From Mobula hypostoma (Eukaryota), in contig NC_086117.1 of assembly GCF_963921235.1 (NCBI RefSeq), positions 25,298,001 to 25,362,000 of the forward strand: a stretch of 64,000 nt of DNA, in the 5' to 3' direction. Below the pieces are notes generated by a model. That model was not told the origin of the DNA, ran no database searches, and was given only the letters and a program-made list of their open reading frames with translations. A program made the position numbers and the translations under genes. Position 1 is the stretch's first letter; every line of letters begins with the position of its first letter. Positions 1-12,004 of the stretch are shown one piece after another.

Positions 1-628
1 CACCAGTGATTAATTTTGTCTCTACAGTGAATGAGATGATGGGTTTGGCAGGGCAACGCAGTCCGTTTCTAGTGACTGCAAGTTGGGAAGTTGACTACCC
101 TGCCTCACTTTTGCTATGGTGGAGAATGTTCCCACTAAAAGCAAGTCAGATTTTTTTTCTTTTGCCCATTTAATGAAGTACTGTATGTCTTGCCTTTGTC
201 CTAATTGCAAATAGTTTAAGCAGCCCAAATCATAAACATAAGATATTCTGCAGATGCAACACACACAAGATACTGGAGAAACTCAGCAAGTTAGGAAACA
301 TCTATAGACAGGATTAAATAATTGATGTTTCGAGCAAATATCCCTCAAAGAACTGGAAAGGAGGGGGGCAGAAGACAGGATAAGAAGTTGGGAGGAGGTG
401 AGGAAGTACAAGGTGGCAGGTGATAGGTGTGATGTATTTAATATTTCAGTAATATTATAAATATATAATTTGATTAAGCATTCTTGTCGTTTAAGTAATA
501 TATTGCGGGTTGCATGTAAAAGTACATAAATAGCCCACGTTATCACTCCACCATGTGATACGCGTGCACCTCATTTAAAGTAAAAACAAAGTTACTCGCA
601 TTCCCAGCTCCGTTGTTTTTATGTTTCG

Positions 629-1024
629 AACATAGAAATCTACATCTCATTACAGGCCCTTCGGCCCACGATGTTATGCCGACCATGTAACCTACTCTAG
701 AAACTGCCTAGAATTATCCTACTGCATAGCCCTCTAATTTTCTAAGCTCCATGTACCTAAGAGTCTCTAAAAGACCCTACTGTATCCGCCTCTACCACTG
801 TCGCCAGCAGTGCATTCCATGCACCCACCACTCTGTGTAAAAACTTACCTCTGACATCCCCTTGTACCTACTTCCAAACACTTTAAAACTATGCCCCCTC
901 GTGTTAGCCATTTCAACCCTGGGAAAAAGGCCTCTGGCTATCCACACGATCAATGCCTCTCATCATCTTAGACACCTCTATCAGGTCACCTCTCGTCCTC
1001 CGTCACCCCAAGGAGAAAAGGCCA
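629..1024 (-). mobile_element. CR1-type LINE 3' fragment inserted in the 5' LTR
   Basis: Interrupts the LTR between TTTTATGTTTCG and AGTTACAAAACAT, which are contiguous in the 3' LTR. A closely similar copy lies at ~17920-18078. Confidence 0.8.
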
Positions 1025-1914
1025 AGTTACAAAACATAATAGTGACGAGGAAGTTTTAAACGAATCTGAGATGCCAACCTACCTGTTAAAGTGCAGCAAG
1101 ACACTCAAGTTTAAATAGAAAATTGCTGCACATTTTTATTTTCTTCACAAGGGGAGAAAGTCACTCGAGTTAAAAAAAAAGGGCAGAAGACAGACAAATT
1201 CATGGGTTCATGAACAGTGAGTACTGGGTGACAATAATTATAAAAAGAGCAGAAATGGTTGACAATATCGTGAAGATTGACATGTTTGGTTACACATCAG
1301 ATATCTGGATGTTATATACTGAGCGAATTGAGTGATATTTTGAAGCAAATGAAATAGCCAATGAGAAGTGAGTGCCGGTTTTGCTGAGTGCAGTGGGTTT
1401 AAAGGCATGCAGTTTGGTTAGAAAATTAACTGCTCCAACCAAACAAACCAAAAAGAGCTTTGCTGATATCATGAAACTAATGCAGGAACACTCAGTACTA
1501 TTGTTGATTGCAGAACACTTTATGTTTCATAAGCGGAATCAAAAGGGAGTCTATTTTAGCATACATGGCTAAATTGAAGAGCTTGTCTGAGCATTGTCAG
1601 TTCAGTAATGGGCTTAATGATACACCGAAAGATAGTTTAGTTAGTAGAATCTTAGAAGAAAGTTTTCAAAAACGGCTCCTAATCTGAAGCACAACTTACA
1701 TTTAAGAGTAGTTGAAATAGCTGTATCAATGGACATAGCAGAATCGCAATTGAGTTGCAGTAAGGAATGGAAGTGATTGTGAACAAAATTGCAATATCTA
1801 AGCAGAAACCTGCATGGCCAAAGTGTGTTACCACTGTGGCAGGGGCTCACATACACCAGACCAAAGCAGATTTAAAGGTGAAGCTTACAGAAAATGCAAC
1901 AAGTAGGACACATA

Positions 1915-2339
1915 CAGTGTTGTGTAAAAGTCTTGGGAACATATATATATCGCTAGGGTGCCTAACACTTTTGCACGGTACTGTAGTAATTTTATGTATT
2001 GCACTGTACTGCTACTGCAAAAAAAGAACAAAAAATCATGATGTATGTGAGTAATGATAAATCTGATTCTGATATAGGTTTCTGTTGTGGACTGAGTGGG
2101 AAAGGGGTAGGGAGAAGGGAATCATTTTTGAGAAAAAGGGGAAAGGAGAAGGGAGACAACAGGAAGCACTGGAGAAACATTCTGTAATGATCAGTAAGTC
2201 AATTGTTTGGAATCAAATTACATTGGTGTCTCAGGGCTGGGTGTGTCTGCACCTGTGCCACACCCCCACTTCTGCTCTACCATCTGTCCCACACCTCTCC
2301 CACGGCCCGCTCCGCTCCATGTTGACAAATACAGTACTG
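1915..2339 (+). mobile_element. Non-autonomous TA-targeting (Tc1/mariner-like) element in gag
   Basis: TA|CAGTGTTGTG...CAGTACTG ends with an internal inverted copy of the left end. A second copy lies in reverse at 49043-49510. Confidence 0.7.
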
Positions 2340-2536
2340 TGGAAAAAGCACACCGAACAGGCAAAAAAAAAAGAGACATGGACTGCACAGAGAAGAGAAA
2401 AAGATAAAAAGTGAAGTTGCAGTTTCAAAAAGAGCACTAATCTGCATGTTGTCAATGAAAAATCTGATAATGATCAGAGTAACACAGGACTGGGTATCCT
2501 TGAGATTTATAATACGAAAACTAACTATAGATAAGA

Positions 2537-2752
2537 AACACTCACAAAATGCTGGAGGAACTCAGCAGGTCAGGTAGCATCTATGGAAAAGAGCAAACAG
2601 ACAACAGTCTGGGCCAAGACCTTTCATCAGGACTCTTGGCCGGAAACATCAACTTTTTGCTCTTTTCCACAGATGCTGCCTGGCCTGCTGAGTTCCTTCA
2701 GCATTTTGTGTGTATTACTTTGATTTCCAGCATCTCCAAATTTTTTGTTGTT
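2537..2752. repeat. Palindromic Penelope-tail-derived repeat
   Basis: AAAATGCTGGAGGAACTCAGCAGG...CCTGCTGAGTTCCTTCAGCATTTT inverted arms. Related copies at ~245-427, 9524-9678, 10188-10322, 38450-38670, 39437-39612, 46585-47020, 52880-53010, 54615-54712 and 55190-55405. Confidence 0.8.
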
Positions 2753-3119
2753 TATAAACAATCAATATGGCTTATAGTGAAAGTGAATGGCAAAATAACT
2801 ACAATGGAATTGGACTCTGGCTCAGCTGTTTCAGTCATTCCACAAAATGAGTTTGAACAGCATTTCAAAAATACTGAACTGAAGCCTGTTGATGTCCCAA
2901 CAAGAAATTATACTGGAGAAAAGATAACACCCGGTGAGAATGTTAATACTGAAATACAACTGCCAATGTGGTAAAAACAGGAAGGCCAGCATTGTGGAGT
3001 CGTGATTGGCTGAGACAACCACAATTCGATTGGAGATCCATCCACAATTTGCATGCCACATTCCCTGTAGGAGAATCAACTGAAAGCGAATTAAGAAAGG
3101 TTTTTGATGATGCCAAACT

Positions 3120-3860
3120 GTCTCCATGTTGTACACCATGAACTGGTGCCCAACAGAGGGCAAACAGGTGTTGGAGCCAACTCTGTGCCTCTGGTTGGAA
3201 AACATTGGACCAAGGAAGGATCATACTGCTCAGAGGAATTGTGAAAGTGGTGAAAGCAACAAAAGCAGTTTTTGTAGGCAACATATCTGAGAAAGCTTCT
3301 GATGGTAATCAGGCAAGTTACTTGCGAAACGTGGCTTGGTTTTAAGCTGCAAGAGAGTTCAAGGAGCTTCAGGAAAGATGCAACCGTTCAGCTTTTGGGA
3401 GTATAAAGAACCAGAATCTAAGGTTATTGCATGAGCTTCAAGTGGGAAAAGTAGATGCAAAGAACAAAGTCCTGGTGGAAGAATGGAAGACCAAAAAGAA
3501 AATAGTCAATGGAGATATGAAAACAGGATTCATCAGATGTTGTGGATGAGAAAACCAAGAAGAGAAATCAAATTGTAAAGGGAGCAACAGAAGGATTAAT
3601 AAGAGAATACTCCAGTGGACTAATTGCACCTTCCCTCCAAATATCAAGATGCACATCCTAGAAAGAAGAAAAAGGAAAAGAGGAGGATGACAAAAGCACG
3701 ATGGAAATGGAAGAGGATAAACAAAACCTATTTTCTTGAGAAATTAGAAAATTCAGAGAATCAAGAAACTAGAAAAAGGCAAGAAAAAGAAAGACAATTA
3801 GTTGAAAAGGAGAGAAGCGAAGATTGAAGTAGATCCTGAAATAAAAGCTGAGAAAAGGAG
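3120..3860 (+). pseudogene. RBM25: Intronless RBM25-derived fragment (RRM plus start of the E/R-rich region) embedded in the LTR element
   Basis: Frameshifted translation gives VFVGNISEKASD (3268-3303), LLAKRGLVLSCKRVQGASGKMQPFSFWEYKEPES (3318-3419), RLLHELQVG.KVDAKNKVLVEEWKTKKK, DEKTKKRNQIVKGATEGLIREYSSGLIAP, HPRKKKKEK and EMEEDKQNLFS*EIRKFRE. These are collinear with vertebrate RBM25 as recalled. Confidence 0.9.
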
Positions 3861-4114
3861 AAGAAAGGTGTCCAGAGCTGTCAGAATCACTTCTTGCAGT
3901 CCCAGAGCCACCTCCTACAAACACAATGGAGGAGGCCCCAGAACCTGAGATTGTTTCACAGCCACAAGTCCCACTTGCAAAGACTTCACATCACAAGAGT
4001 AAGAAAGCCTCCACAGCGATTAAATCTTTAGGACTGAATGGGACAATTTAAAATTTACTATGCTGTGGATGCCTATATAGTGGTTTTATTATACAGTATA
4101 CCGTATAGATGATA

Positions 4115-4487
4115 GATGGAGCTCGTCAGCCTGGGAAGGCAGTCCATCTAAGAGAGGGGAAAACTCTGATTTCAAACCTCTGCTGCTTTGCGGCCATACC
4201 CACTCATGGGAAAGGCTTCAGGAGTAAACCTTGAGTACAAATCCGGAGCTGGAGTCCCTAAGGCAGTCTGACGTTGCCTTCAACCTCGTTCTGGCAACTC
4301 CTGCAATGACACTGGTGCCAAGCTGTATCAGCTCTTGCCCTTCCCTTGGACAACATCAGTGTCGTAGAGAGGGGAGACTTGCTGTATGGGCAACTGCCAG
4401 TCTTCCATACAACCTTGCCCAGGCCTGCACCCTGGAGAACTTTCCAGGCGCAGATCCATGGTCCTGTGAGACTAACGGATGCCACCA
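4115..4487 (+). mobile_element. Short retroposon (probably RTE-related) in the LTR element 3' UTR
   Basis: Its 3' ~170 bp, ending GTGAGACTAACGGATGCC, is shared in reverse with the SINE at 30814-31117. Confidence 0.6.
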
Positions 4488-5359
4488 TATACAAGTTGAG
4501 ATGCATTCTATATTGAGTTGGGAGTTTATATCTAAGCAGGATGGAGTGTTGTGCATTTAATATTTCAGTAATATGGTAAATGTATCTTTTGATTATGTGT
4601 CCTTGTTCATTTAAATAGCGCATAGCAGGTTATATGTAAAAGGCATATGTCATCACACCACCATGTGATACATGCATGCCTCTCTTAAAGTAAAAATAAG
4701 TTAAAACTTGCAATTCCCAGCTCCTTTGTTTTCCTTTCAATTAGTTTTTATGTTTTGGAGTTACAAAACATAACAAAAGGTGATAAGCAGCCCAAGTATC
4801 TTGAAGAATTGCACCAAGGTAGGTCAGTCTTTCAGCTGGAGAGTTTCACTGCAGCTCTAGTTAAGTTTGAAGTTCCAAAAGAGAATTAAAGGGAAATAAA
4901 TAGTGCTCTATTTATACAATATCTTCCACACTCTCTAAAGTCATAACAGCCTCTGAAGTATTTTGAAATACTGTATAGTTGCAAATCTAGGAAATTAAAC
5001 AGCTAAATTACACACAGCTAGTTACCACAAATAGCACAATTTGATGACCTTTTTAGACATGGCAAGTGAATCTTACTAAATGAGCCACAGCAAATACTCT
5101 TTTCTTCAACAGAGTAGCACACAACTGTGCTGTGTCATCACTGCAAATTCCTCCAAATTTAGAAACAAACCAATGTCAGCATTCTCTGTCAGGCCAACAT
5201 CTCCAGGTCCGAGGCTTTGGTCCGTGGTAAGGGATAGGATATATAAGTTGATGGAGATGCTACACATATTCAAGGAAGCTTTAAGAATATTCTTGAAAAT
5301 ATGTGGCTTCTCCATCAACTTAGCAGAATTCCTGGTTCATGGTCGAAGCGAACCAGATT

Positions 5360-6560
5360 TATAACTATTTGGATAGACAGGGTCTGATTAGGGATAGTCA
5401 ACATGGCTTTGTAGGTAGTAGGCCATGTCTAACCAATTTATAGTTTTTCAAGGAAATTACCAGGAAAGGTGATGAAGGCATGGCACTGGATATTGTCTGC
5501 ATGGACTTTAGAAAGGCCTTTGACAAGGTCCCACATGGGAGTTTGCTTTACATTCAAGATAAGGTAGTAAATTGGATTAGATATTGGCTTTGCAGAAGAA
5601 GCCAGAGAGTTTGAGCAGATGGTTGCATCTCTGCCTGGAGGCCTGTGGTGTGCCACCGGGAATGGTGCTGGGTCCACTGTTGTTTGTCATATCAATGATC
5701 TGGATGATAATAAGTTGAACTGGATCAGCAAATTTGCAGATGATACCAAGATCAGGGGTGTAATGGACATTGAGGAAGACTAACAAAGCTTGGAGTGGGA
5801 TCTGGACCAGCTAGAAAAATGGCAGATGGAATTTAATGCAGGCAAGTGTGAGCTGTTGCACTTTGGGAGGACCAACCATGGTAGGTCTTACACAGTGAGC
5901 AGTTGGGCACTGAGGAGTGTGGTAGAACAGAGGAATTTGGGAATACAGATATGTAATTCCTTAAAAGTGGCATCATAGGTAGATAGGGTTGTAAATAAAG
6001 CTTTTGGCACATTGACCTTTAATGTATAGGAAGTGGGATGTTATGTTAAAATTGTATAAGATGTTGGTGAGGCCTAATTTGGAGTAGTGTGCACAGTTTT
6101 AGTCACCTACCTACAGGAAAGATGTAAATGAGATTGAAAGAGTGCAGAGAAAGTTTACAAGGATGTGGCTGGACTTAAAGAACTGAGTTATAGGGAAAGG
6201 CTGACTAGATTAGTACTTTATTCCCTAGAATGTAGAGGACTGAGTGAGGATTTGATAAGGTATACAAAATTACGAAGCATATAGATAGGGTAAACGCAAG
6301 CAAGGCTTTTCTACAGGTAGGGTTAAGGGTGAAAGGTGAAGTGTTTAAGGGAATATGAGGGGTAACTTCTTCAGAGGGTGGTGTGAGTGTGGAATGAGCT
6401 GCCAGCACAAGTGGTGAATGTGTGTTCCATTTCAACATTTGAATAGGTGCATGGTTGGGAGGGCTATGGTCCCGCTGCAGGTCGATGGGACTCGGCAGAT
6501 TAATGGTTCAGCACCGGCTAGATGGGCCAAATGGAGTATTCTTATGACTCTATGACCAGA
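5360..6560 (+). mobile_element. CR1-clade LINE, 5'-truncated, decayed
   Basis: RT relics DSQHGF, MDFRKAFDKVPHG, SKFADDTKI and WQMEFNAGKC. CR1-like 3' end with TCTATGAC-type tail. Confidence 0.85.
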
Positions 6561-6859
6561 CAAAGTGGAGTAGGAGCTCTTTTCATTACTGCATTTTGAT
6601 GACGTTACACTCACTGCACTGACACAATTTTGGCCATTCAAGGGAAAATTGTGTTTGCAACTCATGTCCAGTCATTGGAAGCACTCCAAAATCTGGCACA
6701 AATGGAGTGGAAGTAAGTCACTTTTACTTCAAGACAATGCCTAATCTTTTTCCGGGGTGTGGCAAGTTGATTCTTATGTACAACAGTCTCAACTTCTGGA
6801 ATACTGGAGTGCACTTTTCTCACAACTGTAACAAATATTTTCCTGCCATTACCTGCTTC

Positions 6860-7675
6860 CAGTTAAGATGGCGCTACCAAACGCGCACAACAGCTCACTG
6901 GTAGTTCAAACGGTGAGAAAATTGACTACAAACATCATTAAAAACACCTTTTCTGAGGTTAATTGTGTTAAATTATCGCCACAAAGACAGAAGGGGCCAG
7001 TGACGGCAAGGCGCGTTCAGGGGGTGACTCGAGATGGTGTGTTGCAGAATTGATGCAGATGGACTGAGCCTTTTGGAGAGGAGCGGTCGGGGCAGTGGAG
7101 TTCTGGCCCCGGTGTGAAATTGGATTACTCTGGGCACCGAGCTGATTTGAAGCACTTGAGAGTTGTATCAGGCTGAGCGGAGACATCTGGGCACGGAGCA
7201 AGTCACTGGGCGGCGGATCGTAGGCCTGGAGCCCTTTGCAGCAGCCGGGTCCTAGTGTGAAGCACGATTCCCTGTTTAGACTATGTAAATGCTGACCCAG
7301 ATCAGAGGTGAGAGCCAATTTCGTTCGCTCTCCTCAATGGTCACTCCTCTCTCCATGGCACTGAGGCGATGAAGACTACCCCGGCTGCTGTGTTCCATCC
7401 CCATTAATATGATGAACTGATACCAAGGCTTTGGGCCTACTCTGGGCTGAGGATCTGAAGGCTCATTTTGATTTGAAATGTTTTTATTCACTTCAATTGT
7501 TTGCATGATTTGTGTTTTTTATTTGCCTTTTCCCCCTTTCTCTTGTGCATTGGGTGTTGGTCTTTTAGTTTTTTCTTTAATTGGTTTTCATGCTTTGTGG
7601 CTACCTGTGAGCAAACAAATCTCAAGGTTGTATAATTTATACATCCTTTGATAATAAATATACCTTGAATGCTTA
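6860..7675 (+). repeat. Unclassified GC-rich interspersed repeat with LINE-like tail
   Basis: Starts near AAGATGGCG, has a GC-rich body, and ends AATCTCAAGGTTGTATA...CTTTGATAATAAA. The tail resembles those at ~21560-21608 and 44920-44980. Confidence 0.5.
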
Positions 7676-8937
7676 ATAACAGAAGGATCCTCAAGGTGCA
7701 CCTGTCCAGCTGTTCAATGTTGTACTCTCTCAGGTACTTTTACATCAGGTGATAACAATACAAACTCAGAAACAAAGTAAGCTTTAAATGATTCACACAA
7801 AGATTAGAATATGTACAACAACTAGATGGTTAATACAAATACCATGTCTGTTTTGATGCTGGTTGTCCATTGTAGATACTGAATGTACCAGCAGTAGGTG
7901 CATTGGCTCTTTATCTTCGTTGTGTGTTAAAAACACAGAAGCTGCCACTTCATGGAATACCTAAAGTGTGACTGCAACAGCCTCAGGAGTGAGACTTGGC
8001 CAACAACAGATGCACAGCTGTGGGGTTGATACATGCCAGTAATACATCATCTGGATCCACCCTGACGTAAAATTTGACAAGCTTTCTATGAGTCACTGAT
8101 TCATCAAATTAGATAAGTTGTATTGATCAGATCACCAAGAGAAAGAACGTCAGCTTTCCCTCAACTTCTCATCACTCCTCCCAAACTCAGATTGAATTGA
8201 GGTAACTTGGGAGGAGAAGGAGGAGGAGGGCAGATGACTGGGGATGAACAAAAGGCACAAACCAACAGTTGATTCTCAATTTGTTTTGGCATATCCAGAA
8301 TGTAAAGAATTATTTTAATTTAAAAAGCCAAAATATATACCTAAATCAACTCAAAGATTACTTACACATCAATCAAACTACCCATAATTAATTATGAGTG
8401 TAACCCTAAATACTCAGTTTTCAATAGAACTACCTAACTTGCTTGATATCATATCACCATATTATTCCTGATATAATTACACTGTATTAATATTGCAGGC
8501 CCACTGAGAACATCAAGTTTATAATTAAAACTGGAAGTAAAAAACATTTTAAGTGGAAGCTATCATAGTTATTATTTTATCAATAGCTGTCATTTAGTTA
8601 TTATGTTAAGTTATTATAGAACTGGAAACTAACAACTTTGGTGCTGCCTTAAAGACTAAGCTCACAAGCTTGTTAACATATCATCAGTTGTGGATCAAGA
8701 ACTAAGGATCAGCACATCTACAGGAACAAGTGCCTCAACAACAAATCATTTATTAATTACTCCTTATTTTTCTTAAAAGTTTATAACCATTGAATTTGTT
8801 TCTAACCGTTGACATTTGATTAACTGGCACAGCCCAAGAGATTTCACAATCAAAAAATTTTCAAGACTAACCATGGAAGCACAATTTACAAAAGAAACAT
8901 GAAAAGGAAGGACAGGGAGAGATAGAAAGGGGGGGGG

Positions 8938-8939
<2 letters not shown>

Positions 8940-8977
<38 letters not shown>

Positions 8978-9014
8978 AAGACAGAGAGAGAGAGAGAGAG
9001 AGACAGTGAGAGAG
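8940..9014. repeat. (GA)n microsatellite flanked by G runs, probably in the ZER1 3' UTR
   Basis: Directly visible. Confidence 0.95.
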
Positions 9015-9345
9015 AATACAGCTGGAACGCCAGGGTTGGGGGGGGGGGTGGAAATGAGACTCAAAAGGCAATGAGAAGAGATTAAAAATTAAGAAGGAAG
9101 AAGGGTTAAAGTGGGAGAAAACGCTAATTCCTTATCCAATAAAAAATTACATGAATTAACATTTTCTTGTGCAACACCAAATGATTCTGCTGCGTGTCAT
9201 CTTGACACCACGTCATGCACAGAGGTTCTTCCCTATAATGCATCTGATGCATTATTGTAGCAGGACATTAAAGTTCCTCAGTGTTTACTTAGACTCCACG
9301 CCTGACAGGAAATAGTGACAGTCGGTAATAGCTTATCTTCAGCCT

Positions 9346-9403
9346 TTAACTCGATGTGTCCATCCGCTCCTCTTTAAAGTTCTCACAGAATTTAATGACC
9401 TCT
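9346..9403 (-). CDS. ZER1: ZER1 exon 16, last coding exon (stop TAA at 9348-9346)
   Basis: cacag|A GAG GTC = EVIKFCENFKEERMDTSS*, matching the ZER1 C-terminus. The summed CDS of 2316 nt is in frame. Confidence 0.93.
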
Positions 9404-10835
9404 CTGTGGATTAGAGAAATAAAAAGAGTAATCACTTTAAAAGAGATTAGTATCTTAATTATTTTGTTTTTAATCAAAGTTGAATGACATCATTTGAAAT
9501 TGGAAAGAGCACAATAAAAGTAGAAAATCTGCAGATGCCAGAAATTGGAAATAAAAAGAGAAAGTGCTGGGAAGACTCAGCCGCTTAGGCAGCATCTATG
9601 GAAAGAGAAACAGTTAACGCTTCTGGTCTGGAACAGTTCAATTAGACCTGCTGAGTATTTCAGCACTTTCTGTTTTATCATAAGAACTGATAGATAGATA
9701 CTTTATTGATCCCATCAAGAATGCTTCATCAAGAGGAGGTCTGTCTTCTATACCCAGGGTAATGCCCACTGCCAATTTTTGTAAGCTGAAAAGATCAAAC
9801 ACTCAAGTTAACAGAACACAGAGGAAATACAATTATGTTCCTATCACTTCAATCCAGCTGCTAAAATGCTCCCTACCATATTTAGCGGCACTCCTATCCT
9901 CTCATTGCTCAACTAGTCCAAAAATACCTTATTTTGTGTTCTTGTGGGGGAGAGGCTGAACAAATACCCATCATGGAACTTTCAGAGTCCCCATTTTAGG
10001 CTTGATGATTGCAGATGATACTATTTTGAAATAAAGCTGTCCATGCGAAATGCATAAGCTTTGGAAATGCAGAAAGGATCCTGGCTGTGTTTTGTGACCA
10101 GATTGCCAGGGACTGAGAAGCTGCCAGTAGCTTTAATATTTTACATGGTGTCTAGTCTGAATGTGATAAAGAGATTATAAAGATTAGCAAACGAGGAATT
10201 CTGCAGATGCTGGAAATTCAAGCAACACACATCAAAGTTGCTGGTGAATGCAGCAGGCCAGGCAGCATCTCTAGGAAGAGGTACAGTCGTTGTTTCAGGC
10301 TGAGACCCTTCGTCAGGACTAACAGTGTCGCCACACTTCCGACGTCAAACAAGCCGCAACTCACTGATGGTAACCGTACGTCTTTGGAATGTGGGAAGAA
10401 ACTGGAGCACTCGGAGGAAACCCATAGGGTCACGGGAGAATGTACAAACTCCTACAGACGGTGGAAGGAACTGAACTCTGATCGATGATCGCTGGCACTA
10501 CAAAGCGCCATGTCAACCACTAAGCTACCGAGCCACCCAATAACAGTGACAATGACTGCCAATTTGCAGACAGTTTTATGTGCTTAACCTTTCTCTGGTG
10601 TTTCGCTATGGCTCAACTTATGTGAGTTTGGATCCTTGGAGCAACTAGTGCAAGATCTGCCCTATGATTCTACGGTGTCACTTTCTGGTGTAACGTTAAA
10701 AGTCGAACCGCTGCACTCTGAAACAATGAGAACATCAGATTGAAACCTTGTCTGCATTTCAGCCTTCCTACATCACCTCAGGCTCAAAGTTCTCTGAATG
10801 GGACACACAGTCCTGCCTTTGAGAGTATTACTTAC

Positions 10836-10938
10836 TCTGCCATGTCTTTGGTCTCTGATCTAGCTGTGTCACTCTCGATCACTCCCTTCAGCAATTCAAT
10901 TCCATTCTCTTTTATCAACAACGTACAGTATTTCTCAG
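10836..10938 (-). CDS. ZER1: ZER1 exon 15
   Basis: (P)EKYCTLLIKENGIELLKGVIESDTARSETKDMA, 103 nt, donor GTAAGT. Confidence 0.93.
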
Positions 10939-11906
10939 CTGAAGATTTAAGTTATTCAGTGTTAGGTTCACAGACTGCTTTCAGCTCATATACAACATCT
11001 CATTTTCTGGTTCAACATTTTATTTCTAACAGCAAGCTTTTAAAAATAATAGTCATTATTCCCAAACACCTAACGTTTCAAATTTAACACCTTGGATAGG
11101 GGAACGGATGGCCAGGGGAGCGGGAAGGGTGAGGGAAGCTAGAAGTGGCACTGACAGTTGAATTTGTTTCCTCCCCTCCTTTCTGATTTTCTTGCAGGGC
11201 ACATTAGTCTGATAGTACCATAGACCAATTTTCCCAGCACAGAGTGATACTGGGCAGTTAGCCAAATAATGGTAATTTCCAATGCCAGCACCATGAGTGA
11301 AGTTGCCAAAAAACTCAAATTATTCAATAACACCAGCATAGGTGCGACAGGTCAAAATCGGCATCCTGCTGTGCTGTATCATTTCACAAATATGTTCCAC
11401 TTTAGGAACACTGTCCAGTCTGGCATGGTGTATGTATTATGTGCTTTAATCTTAATATTTATATCATTTTAAAATGTTATCTGACAAAGAGTTACTTCAA
11501 AGGAAATGTTCAGTAAAATCGGTTTTAAGAAACATTTTGATGGACGGCGCGAGAGTTGGGAGTTTTTTGATAGAATTTCAGAGCTTAACGATTAGACAAC
11601 TGCCAGTGGTAGAATGGACAACATCAGTAATGTATAAGCAGCTGGAATTCGAGCAATGAAGAAATCTCAGAGGGTTGTATTGGTTAAGGAGGTTACAGAT
11701 TTTGTAATGGTTATGGCTATGGGAAGATTTTAAAACTAGGGTAAAGAATTAATAAGCTCTGAAATGCAGGGGCACAGTATTGCAGTGATGATCTTTCTAG
11801 ACTAGTACGTCAGAACAGTGGAAAAACAAATCCCACTATGGATATGAGTTTAATTATCAGTCCTTTGCAATGAATGTTAAGAGACACATTATTAAACAGT
11901 ACTTAC

Positions 11907-12004
11907 GATAGACTGATGTAAGGTTAAAGAGTGCCCAGGTTGCCCAGTGCTGGCTGACTGGAGCCACTTGCTGAGGAAGAAGGCGCAAGATTGGCTCAAA
12001 TGAT
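11907..12004 (-). CDS. ZER1: ZER1 exon 14
   Basis: SFEPILRLLPQQVAPVSQHWATWALFNLTSVY, 98 nt, donor GTAAGT. Confidence 0.95.

Larger units (their letters stand above)
428..4775 (+). mobile_element. Decayed, internally substituted Gypsy-type LTR retrotransposon
   Basis: Diverged direct LTRs: 428-~628 plus 1025-1041, and 4547-4775 (TG...ACA). PBS-like AGTGACGAGG at ~1041, purine tract 4534-4546, near-TSD ATAGG/AAAGG. gag from ATG 1255 (WMLYTERIE*YFEAN...VPVLLSAVG), Zn-knuckle relic CYHCGRGSH at 1826, protease MELDSGSAVSVI at ~2800-2840, pol tail TRVRKPPQRLNL* ending at ~4030. Confidence 0.9.

Noticed and set aside
3624..3827. 67-aa K/E/R-rich ORF as a novel gene
   Set aside because: It is a frameshifted patchwork of the RBM25-derived pseudogene fragment.
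5113..5226. Exon-like segment with AG/GT flanks on the plus strand
   Set aside because: No recognisable protein in any frame, and the apparent donor overlaps CR1-like sequence (RDRIY).
8749..8754. Candidate ZER1 poly(A) signal (AATAAA on the minus strand)
   Set aside because: Plausible, but one of several in AT-rich sequence and not assignable without transcript data.
8773..9071. SLSLSL-rich ORFs
   Set aside because: Translations of the (GA)n microsatellite.
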